In this document: positions 25,786 through 32,665 of the stretch, one piece after another | Layout of the letters: each line of letters begins with the position of its first letter | How positions within the stretch are numbered: position 1 is the first letter of the stretch | Assembly (NCBI GenBank): GCA_017990495.1 | Contig: JAGNNV010000004.1 | Coordinates: 3,003 to 50,728 of the forward strand | Length of the DNA: 47,726 nt | From: Vicinamibacteria bacterium | Lineage (GTDB): Bacteria; Acidobacteriota; Vicinamibacteria; Fen-336; JAGNNV01 | Direction of reading: 5' to 3' | Notes under the pieces: generated by a model | Seen by the model: the letters and a program-made list of their open reading frames with translations, nothing else | The model's database searches: none | Told to the model about the DNA's origin: nothing | Made by a program: the position numbers and the translations under genes

Positions 25786-25870
25786 TCGACATCTCAGCTC
25801 TCAACCTGACCTGAGCTTCGAGTCCGCGAGTTTCGCGGCGCGGGTGAGCAGATAGTTGCGCTCCGGGAGG
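25786..25870. repeat. Direct repeat copy B flanking the ADOP gene
   Basis: Contains a fossil of the SBP gene's last codons plus TGA (..LDISALNLT*) and the functional 3' end of the sigma-factor gene. Confidence 0.85.
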
Positions 25871-27072
25871 CTCGCGGTTTTGCCGGCGGCGGCGCGGTAG
25901 TGCCCGATGGCTTTGGCCGGATCGCCGGCCCTTTCGTACAGGTGTCCCCGAACCGCGTCCAAGCGGTGGTGGCCGGAAAGGCCCCCATCACCATCGAGCG
26001 CTTCCAGAAGCCGCAGTCCCTCGCGAGGGCCGTGCACCATGGCCGCGGCGATGGCGTGGTTGAGGGCGATCATGGGGTTATCCGACATCCGTTTGAGCAG
26101 ACCGTACAGCGCGAGAATCTGAGGCCAGTCGGTGTCCTCAGGACGAGCCGCTTCATCGTGCACGGCGGCGATGGCGGCCTGGATCTGATAGAGGCCCACC
26201 GTCCCCAAGGCCAGGGCTCCGGTAATGAGGCGCACGCCTTCGTCGATGAGCGTCTTGTCCCACAAACCTCGGTCCTGTTCCTCGAGCGGAATGATCTCGC
26301 CGCTCGCTCCGGTGCGAGCGCGGCGCCGGGCATCGGTGAGCAGCATGAGCGCCAGCAGTCCCTTGACTTCCGGGTCTTGCGGGATCAGTTGATGAACCGC
26401 CCGGGTCAGCCGGATGGCCTCGTGAGCGAGTTCGACACGCTGTAAGTCGGGACCGACGCTGCTCGCGTAACCCTCATTGAAGATCAGGTAGAGCACATGG
26501 AGCACGGCGCCCAGCCGCTGCGCGCGTTCGGCTTCAGTGGGCTGGGCGAAGGAGGCCCCCGCGGTTTTGATGCTTTGTTTCGCCCGGCTGATCCGCTGGG
26601 CCATGGTTGCTTCCGGAACCATGAAGGCGTGGGCGATCTGGGCCGTGGTCAAACCGCCCACCGCGCGCAAGGTGAGCGCGATGGCGGAGGGCGTGCTCAA
26701 CGTCTGATGGCAACACATAAAGAGCAGGAGCAGTGTGTCTTCGCGCTCGACCTGCGCGGGGGCATCAATGGATGGCGACCACGATTCGTCGGACGCGGAC
26801 AACGTGAAGACCCGGCCCTCGCGACGGCGGCGAGCGATCTCGCTCCGCACATGGTCGGTGAAACGCCGCGTGGCCACCTGGATCAGCCACCCTCCGGGGT
26901 TTTCGGGGAGGCCTTGTTCGGGCCACTGAAGGGCGGCGGCGAGAAGTGCTTCCTGCACCGCGTCTTCGGCGGAAGCAAAGTCGCCGAACCGACGGACCAG
27001 AGTCCCAAGCACCTGCGGCGCGAGTTCACGCAGCAGGTGCTCGGTCGCCGCGTCGAGCCGCGCCGCCGTCAC
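25801..27072 (-). CDS. ECF-type sigma-70 factor with ~230-aa C-terminal (TPR-like) extension
   Basis: Sigma-2 region EDAVQEALLAAALQWPE..GWLIQVATRRFTDHVR. Sigma-4 region LTLRAVGGLTTAQIAHAFMVPEATMAQRISRAKQSI. Long helical C-terminal domain. The GTG start overlaps the YCII gene stop (GTGA). Confidence 0.8.
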   Translation of the reverse strand: MTAARLDAATEHLLRELAPQVLGTLVRRFGDFASAEDAVQEALLAAALQWPEQGLPENPGGWLIQVATRRFTDHVRSEIARRRREGRVFTLSASDESWSPSIDAPAQVEREDTLLLLFMCCHQTLSTPSAIALTLRAVGGLTTAQIAHAFMVPEATMAQRISRAKQSIKTAGASFAQPTEAERAQRLGAVLHVLYLIFNEGYASSVGPDLQRVELAHEAIRLTRAVHQLIPQDPEVKGLLALMLLTDARRRARTGASGEIIPLEEQDRGLWDKTLIDEGVRLITGALALGTVGLYQIQAAIAAVHDEAARPEDTDWPQILALYGLLKRMSDNPMIALNHAIAAAMVHGPREGLRLLEALDGDGGLSGHHRLDAVRGHLYERAGDPAKAIGHYRAAAGKTASLPERNYLLTRAAKLADSKLRSG

Positions 27073-27467
27073 TCCGTGGGAGGCGGGCCGCTCATGACCT
27101 GGCGCACTTCGATGGCCATGTTGAGGGGCGCGCCGCCCCGTCCGGGCGCCGCCGAGGCCCTCGCCGCGATTTCATACGCGCGTTCGGTGGTGGGCACGTC
27201 GACGATCCAGTAGCCGGCCAGGAACTCCTTGCCCTCAGCGTAGGGGCCATCGGTGACCGCGGGAGCGCCTGCTTTGCCGGCGCGCACGATCCTTGCCTCA
27301 TTGGGACCGGCCAGACCCTCGGCCGCCGCCAGCTCGCCGTTCTTCCCGAGTTCCTGGCTGAAGGCGATCATGAAGTCGATATGGGCCTTGATGTCCTGGG
27401 GCGGCCAGTTCTGGATCGCCCACTCGCCGGCCGTCCGCGGAGCGTGCATCATGAGCATGTATTTCAT
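27069..27467 (-). CDS. YCII-related (YciI/DGPF) domain protein
   Basis: MKYMLMMH.. N-terminus and the DGPYAEGKEFLAGYWIVDV motif are characteristic of YCII-like proteins. Confidence 0.8.
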   Translation of the reverse strand: MKYMLMMHAPRTAGEWAIQNWPPQDIKAHIDFMIAFSQELGKNGELAAAEGLAGPNEARIVRAGKAGAPAVTDGPYAEGKEFLAGYWIVDVPTTERAYEIAARASAAPGRGGAPLNMAIEVRQVMSGPPPTE

Positions 27468-27492
27468 TTCCCTGTCTGTCCTCTGGTTTTGG

Positions 27493-27514
27493 GAAGCGCC
27501 AGGATCGGCGCTTC
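27493..27514 (-). promoter_or_regulatory. Perfect 8-bp stem hairpin GAAGCGCC-aggatc-GGCGCTTC in the YCII/sigma leader
   Basis: Located 26-47 nt upstream of the YCII start codon (27467). Confidence 0.3.
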
Positions 27515-27668
27515 ATGGGTCAGTCGAAGCCGCGGCCGGTTTCTCGACATGCCTTGGCGGATCTTAGGGAAAAGTGGTCGGTGAAGGCCGAAGGGGGCAT
27601 TTGGTGCCCAACGGGGCCGGGCGTATTGTTGCCGGACGCAGGTCTTGGCCACAAGGAGGGCGAAACCC

Positions 27669-28121
27669 TTGAAGCAACTGAAAGCGATGTTCCTCATTCC
27701 CCTGTTGGCGGCGGGTTGCGGTTCGTCACCGGCCGCGCCGAGCGCCACCACGCCCGTGCCCGCGGGGGCGCCGCGAGTCGGCCTGAGCATGGGCCTCCTG
27801 GTGTCGCCGTCCGGAGCCTCTGGCTTTACCGCACCTACGTCCCTGACTCTCCAGATCCAGTCGCGCGGCACACCCGTGCACGTGGAGACGGTGAGCTACC
27901 GAATGCTGGACGCGCGGGGGCAAGTGCTGGTCGAGGCGTTCATCGACACCGCTACCGCCGGGAATTCCGACCCGAGCCGGTACGTAAGCGGAGGCACGAT
28001 CGTCCAGACTCTTTCCTGGCCGGCGGAGCGCGGCACGGGTGCAAGGATCGATGTCATCCTGACCTATCGCGACACGGCGGGCGTCCTCAGCACCCACTCG
28101 TTCTCGGTTCCCGCTCAGTAA
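27669..28121 (+). CDS. Hypothetical lipoprotein
   Basis: AAGGAGG at 27653-27659 precedes TTG 27669, giving MKQLKAMFLIPLLAAGC with a lipobox. The alternative start is ATG 27687. The mature part is beta-rich with no motif I recognise. Confidence 0.6.
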   Translation: MKQLKAMFLIPLLAAGCGSSPAAPSATTPVPAGAPRVGLSMGLLVSPSGASGFTAPTSLTLQIQSRGTPVHVETVSYRMLDARGQVLVEAFIDTATAGNSDPSRYVSGGTIVQTLSWPAERGTGARIDVILTYRDTAGVLSTHSFSVPAQ

Positions 28122-28195
28122 ACCGGACCTCCTTGCCTGTGCGCCGCGTGTTGCCGCGACACGCGAAGTCCAGACCCGGCTGCTAGCCTCCCGGC

Positions 28196-30232
28196 ATGAA
28201 GCCGCCGGTTGCCCGCCCCATTCCCCGAACCACCGTTTTGCACGGGGAGACCCTCGAGGATCCCTACTTCTGGCTGCGGGAAAAAGAGAATCCTGAGGTC
28301 CGCACGTACCTCGAGGCGGAGAACGCCTACGCCGACGCAGTGACGGCGCCTCTCGCCGAACTAAGCGCATCGCTCTACGACGAGATGCTGGCGCGGATTC
28401 AGGAGGATGACACCAGCGCGCCCTATCTCTTCCGCGGGTTCTTGCACCGCGTGCGGACGGAGAAAGGCCGCCAGTATCCGATTCACGAGCGTCGGCGCCA
28501 GGACGCTCCGGCCTACGCTCCGTTCGAGACCGTGCTCGACGTCAACGATCTCGCCGCGGGGCGGTCGTTCATGTCCCTGGGCGCGTGCCTGATGAGCGAC
28601 GATGGCGCGCTCCTCGCGTATTCCACCGACGACACCGGCTTCCGCCAATACCGTCTGCAGGTCAAGAATCTCGTCACCGGCGAGTTGTGGAATCGCTCGT
28701 TCGAGAAGACGATCTCCGTGGCCTGGGCCGCGGACTCCCGCACCCTCTTCTTCACCGAGGAGGACCATGCGAAACGCGCGGCGAAGCTTTACCGGGTGGA
28801 AGCCTTCACCGATGCGGAGCCCGAACTCGTTTTCGCCGAGCCGGACGAGCGATTCAATCTCGAGATCTTCCGCTCCCGCAGCGCGAAGATCCTGTTCCTC
28901 GTCACCTCCTCCCACACCACCGCGGAGTTCCACTGGAACCGAGCTGACGCACCGCGCGAGCCCTTCCGGCTGATCGCACCGCGGCATCAGGATCACGAAT
29001 ACGAGGTCGACCACCAGGGCGACCGCTTCCTCATCCGCACCAACGACCGCGGTCGCAATTTCCGGCTGGTGGAAGCGAATGTGGAGTCGCCGGATCAGAC
29101 GAACTGGCGGGAGATCGTGGCTCATCGCGATGACGTGATGCTCGAAGGGGTCCTCGCATTCGAAGACGCGGTGGTGCTGGCCGAGCGCTCGGGCGGCCTG
29201 CCCCGATTCCGGTCGCTCACGCGGGGCATCTCCGCCGGCGTGGCCGCGGCCTTCGAAGAGCCCACGTACACGGCGTTCCCCCACGACAATCGCGAGTACG
29301 CGACCACTTCCTTCCGCTACTCGTACCAGTCTCTGGTGACTCCGCCTTCGATCTTCGAGCTCGACCTGCGGACGGGGCAGAGCACGCTCATCAAGCAGAC
29401 CGCGGTGCTCGGCACGTTCGATCGAAACGACTACGTGTCGGAATGGATCTCCGCCACCGCTCAGGACGGCACCGTGATCCCTATCTCCCTGGTGCGTCGT
29501 CGCGACACACCCAAGGACGGCACGGCCCCCATGCACCTTTTGGGCTACGGCTCGTACGGTTATCCCTACCCGGTGTCCTTCGTCTCGCACCGGCTGTCGC
29601 TGCTCGATCGGGGTTTCGTCATCGCCCTCGCCCACATTCGCGGCGGCGGCGAGCTGGGCAAACCATGGCACGACGCCGGACGCATGGGCACGAAGATGAA
29701 CACCTTCACCGACTTCATCGCCTGCGCGACCCATCTCATCGATGCGGGCTACACCTCGAGCACACGTCTCGTCATCGAAGGCGGTTCGGCGGGCGGCCTG
29801 CTGATGGGCGCGGTGATCAACCTCCGCCCCGACCTCATGAAAGCGGTGATCGCCAAGGTGCCCTTCGTCGACGTGATCAACTCCATGCTCGACGAGGATC
29901 TACCCCTCACCGTGGCCGAGTTCGAGGAGTGGGGCAACCCCAAGCTCCTTCCCGACTACAAGGTGATGCGGGCCTATTGCCCCTACAGCAATCTCGAGCG
30001 GAAGGCCTATCCCGCGATCCTCCTGCGCAACTCGTTCAACGACTCGCAGGTGATGTACTGGGAGGCCGCCAAGTACGCGGCCCGGCTGCGCACACTCAAG
30101 ACCAACGACACGCCGCTGCTCCTCCGCACCCTGATGGACGCGGGCCACGGCGGAGCCTCCGGCCGCTACGACGCGCTGCGGGAAACCGCCTCGGACTACG
30201 CCTTCATTCTGTGGCAGGTGGGCGCGATCTGA
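28196..30232 (+). CDS. ptrB: Oligopeptidase B (protease II), S9A prolyl oligopeptidase family
   Basis: N-terminal HGETLEDPYFWLREKENPEVRTYLEAENAY. Catalytic Ser context GGSAGGLLMG. C-terminal DAGHGG. Confidence 0.88.
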   Translation: MKPPVARPIPRTTVLHGETLEDPYFWLREKENPEVRTYLEAENAYADAVTAPLAELSASLYDEMLARIQEDDTSAPYLFRGFLHRVRTEKGRQYPIHERRRQDAPAYAPFETVLDVNDLAAGRSFMSLGACLMSDDGALLAYSTDDTGFRQYRLQVKNLVTGELWNRSFEKTISVAWAADSRTLFFTEEDHAKRAAKLYRVEAFTDAEPELVFAEPDERFNLEIFRSRSAKILFLVTSSHTTAEFHWNRADAPREPFRLIAPRHQDHEYEVDHQGDRFLIRTNDRGRNFRLVEANVESPDQTNWREIVAHRDDVMLEGVLAFEDAVVLAERSGGLPRFRSLTRGISAGVAAAFEEPTYTAFPHDNREYATTSFRYSYQSLVTPPSIFELDLRTGQSTLIKQTAVLGTFDRNDYVSEWISATAQDGTVIPISLVRRRDTPKDGTAPMHLLGYGSYGYPYPVSFVSHRLSLLDRGFVIALAHIRGGGELGKPWHDAGRMGTKMNTFTDFIACATHLIDAGYTSSTRLVIEGGSAGGLLMGAVINLRPDLMKAVIAKVPFVDVINSMLDEDLPLTVAEFEEWGNPKLLPDYKVMRAYCPYSNLERKAYPAILLRNSFNDSQVMYWEAAKYAARLRTLKTNDTPLLLRTLMDAGHGGASGRYDALRETASDYAFILWQVGAI

Positions 30233-30247
30233 GCCGTTCAAGAGGAT
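30199..30247. repeat. Direct repeat copy A (about 47 bp): functional 3' end of ptrB plus 15 nt
   Basis: The 35-nt core TTCTGTGGCAGGTGGGCGCGATCTGAGCCGTTCAA has 1 mismatch to 32092-32126. The flanks align with a 3-nt indel. Confidence 0.85.
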
Positions 30248-30578
30248 CCGCACCCGCGCTCTTCGACTTCTGCGATACGGAACGCGTTTCGCTCCTTCTA
30301 CGGAGCGCTGCCTGTTTCCGGGAAGAACAAGATCGCGAATCGACGTGGCGGCATCCACCTGGTCCCGCTTCATCTCGGCCGCTCGGTGGGTACGGACCTT
30401 GTCCAGACGCTGTTCGCATCGCCGAAGGCAATCAGCACTTCGCCAGCGAGCTTTGAGTCGGGCATGATATTTGACTCCGCACGATGTGCTGGTAGTTTGC
30501 GCTGGTGAACGTGCATGGGCAGCGGGTGGCAATGATCGAAAGTGGCCGGTCCAAGTGTCGGACCGCGCGGTGGTCGGC
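30248..30578. other. About 330 nt with no convincing ORF (possible decayed gene or divergent promoter region) at the left end of the inserted segment
   Basis: Only short, frame-broken minus-strand ORFs are present, for example MPDSKLAGEVLIAFGDANSVW.. from 30464. GC looks lower around 30450-30520. Confidence 0.4.
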
Positions 30579-31382
30579 ATGAACACCCCGCCACGATCCG
30601 CAGCGATCGTCACCGGCGGTGGTCGCGGCATTGGCAAGGCGATCGCAACGAGACTCGCAGGTGCACAGGCGGTCGTGGTGGTGGGCCGAACGGAAGCGGA
30701 TCTGCGGCAGGTGTGTGCCGAAATCGCCGCAATGGGCGGAATGGCGGTGCCCTGCGCAGGCGATGTCGCCGACCCGACCACTGCCATTTCCGCACTGTCC
30801 CTCCTGCGCGCCCAGGGCTGGTCGCTGGGGCACCTGGTCTGCAACGCCGGGATCGGCAAGAGTGGTGCCACCGAGTCCCTGGACAGCGGCGCCTGGACGC
30901 GGGTGTTCGAGGTCAATGTGCACGGTTGTTTCCACATGGTGCGCGCTTGCTTGCCGGAGCTGATGGTTCAGCCGGGCGCGGCGATCACCATCATGAGCAG
31001 TCTGGCGGGCGTGCGCGGTGTCGCCTTCGATGCGGCCTATACCGCGAGCAAGCATGCGCTGGTCGGCTTCGCACGCGCACTGGCACTGGAATACCGCAAG
31101 CATGGGCCGTCGGTGGCCGCGCTGTGTCCCGGATTTGTCGAAAGCGAAATGACCCAGCGAACGATCCGCGGCGTGATGCGGCGGCAGGGGCTCGACGAAG
31201 CGCAGGCCCGTCAGCGCATCGCCGGCCGCAGTCTCGCGGGGCGCATTCTGGCGGCGGAGGAAATCGCCGAGGCCGTGGCGCTGCTCGGCGCGCAGCAGTT
31301 CGCTGCCGCCCGAGCACTGGCCGAACGCGGTGGCTATCCGATGGTCGGCAGCCCCGAACTTCAGTCCGAGGACCTTCCATGA
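30579..31382 (+). CDS. Short-chain dehydrogenase/reductase (SDR)
   Basis: AAIVTGGGRGIGKAI cofactor motif, NAGIG, and a YTASKHAL catalytic Tyr-x3-Lys. ATG 30579 chosen within track ORF 30471..31382. Confidence 0.85.
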   Translation: MNTPPRSAAIVTGGGRGIGKAIATRLAGAQAVVVVGRTEADLRQVCAEIAAMGGMAVPCAGDVADPTTAISALSLLRAQGWSLGHLVCNAGIGKSGATESLDSGAWTRVFEVNVHGCFHMVRACLPELMVQPGAAITIMSSLAGVRGVAFDAAYTASKHALVGFARALALEYRKHGPSVAALCPGFVESEMTQRTIRGVMRRQGLDEAQARQRIAGRSLAGRILAAEEIAEAVALLGAQQFAAARALAERGGYPMVGSPELQSEDLP

Positions 31383-32065
31383 GTGCGTTGGACGCCCGCC
31401 TGCAGGTGATCATCGACTGGATTCGCGAGCGCACCGATGTCGAGGCCGGACGCGGTGCGCTGGTCCCCGTCAGTGGCGGCTCGGACAGTGCCCTGGGTTT
31501 CTGGCTATGTGCGCAGGCGCTGCCGCCGGGTCGCGCCATCGGCGCCTTCGTGGGCAGCGGGTTGCGTTGTCGTGGATGGTTCGAGCAATTCGGCCCGGTT
31601 CGGCTGCTGCCCGAACCGCTGGTCTCAAGCCACATCGAGACCACGCGCTGGGCCATGATGTTGTCCCTGTCCCTGGACGTGCGTGGCTGGCTGGTCGGCA
31701 CCCGCAACCGCACCGAAGATGTCTTTGGCACCTACAGCCTGGCCAGTCGCGTCGCCACCCTGTTGCCACTGGTCGGGTTGTGGAAGAGCGAAGTAATGGA
31801 ACTTGCGCTGGGCGTAGGCGTGCCCGCAGAAATCCTGGAGTCCAGTCAACGCGCCGATCCCAGTTGTGGCCGGCCGCAGGCGATGGCTGATATCCCGTTT
31901 GAGACGATCGACCGGTTCCTGCAGGTTCGATTGGGTGAACGCGCCGAGTCCGATCTCGACGCCATTGCGCCGGCGACCGTCGAATATCTGGAGTCGGTTT
32001 ATCGGCGCAATCGGTTCAAACAGGCATTGCCGTTGTCTGCACCGGGATCGGCCCGCCGCAGCTAA
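31379..32065 (+). CDS. PP-loop ATP pyrophosphatase, short NadE (NH3-dependent NAD+ synthetase)-like
   Basis: SGGSDS PP-loop in ALVPVSGGSDSALGF. GTRNRTEDVFGTYS and PLVGLWKSEVMELA blocks resemble NadE. ATGA overlap with the SDR stop. Only ~228 aa. Confidence 0.65.
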   Translation: MSALDARLQVIIDWIRERTDVEAGRGALVPVSGGSDSALGFWLCAQALPPGRAIGAFVGSGLRCRGWFEQFGPVRLLPEPLVSSHIETTRWAMMLSLSLDVRGWLVGTRNRTEDVFGTYSLASRVATLLPLVGLWKSEVMELALGVGVPAEILESSQRADPSCGRPQAMADIPFETIDRFLQVRLGERAESDLDAIAPATVEYLESVYRRNRFKQALPLSAPGSARRS

Positions 32066-32086
32066 CCCGCGCACGGCGACAGCGTG

Positions 32087-32132
32087 CGCCTTTCTGTGGC
32101 AGGTGGGCGCGGTCTGAGCCGTTCAAAAGAAT
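32087..32132. repeat. Direct repeat copy B: fossil ptrB 3' end (..AFLWQVGAV*)
   Basis: Retains a reading frame and TGA equivalent to the ptrB terminus. Lies 22 nt after the NadE-like stop. Confidence 0.85.
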
Positions 32133-32247
32133 GGTTGCGCGGGACCGCGGGAGGTCCTATCCTCCCGCCCCAATTGAGGGCGGGGCTCTTCCTGCTGCTT
32201 GTGTAATCACGGGGCTTAGGGCCCATCCAGAAGGAGAAAAGAGAGAA

Positions 32248-32589
32248 ATGCGCGTTAAGAAGACGTTCGTGATGGCTGCTGTCCTGCTCCTGCTGAGCTT
32301 CACTCCCGGTTTCGCCAAGTCCCTCGAGGACTACAAGTTCAAGGTGTACAACAACACCAAGGTCCGCATCAAGCAAATCCTCGTCTCGGAGAACGGCAAG
32401 AAGTGGGGTTTCTTCGACGTGGGCAAGGGCATCGCCGCCGGCGCCACCACTGAGCTCGTGTGGGACTCCTCAACCGACAACGACGGCTGCGAGTGGTACT
32501 TCAAGGCGGTTTGGGCCGATGGCGATGAGTCCGATCCAGCGCAGTTCGACTTCTGCGAAGAGGGCCTGGTCATCGAATTCAGCAAGTAG
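32248..32589 (+). CDS. Small secreted protein of unknown function (113 aa)
   Basis: Strong RBS GAAGGAGAAAAGAGAGAA before ATG 32248. Signal peptide MRVKKTFVMAAVLLLLSFTPGFA. Beta-rich mature part with 2 Cys. Confidence 0.7.
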   Translation: MRVKKTFVMAAVLLLLSFTPGFAKSLEDYKFKVYNNTKVRIKQILVSENGKKWGFFDVGKGIAAGATTELVWDSSTDNDGCEWYFKAVWADGDESDPAQFDFCEEGLVIEFSK

Positions 32590-32665
32590 TCCGGCAAGGC
32601 TGTGGTCGGCGGCAAGACCGGCGCTAGAGTCTGGGTCGCGAACGACAAAAGGAGTCACGCCACCC

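Noticed and set aside
28145-28165. 7-bp stem hairpin after the lipoprotein gene as a terminator
   Set aside because: The stem is short and there is no U tract. It is too weak to call.
23118-32132. Possibility that the repeat-flanked cassettes are integron cassettes, IS elements or MITEs
   Set aside because: There are no terminal inverted repeats, no attC-like imperfect palindrome at the cassette 3' ends, and no transposase, integrase or intI gene in the window. The repeat lengths (47-84 bp) do not fit known target-site duplications. They are reported as findings of unknown mechanism instead.
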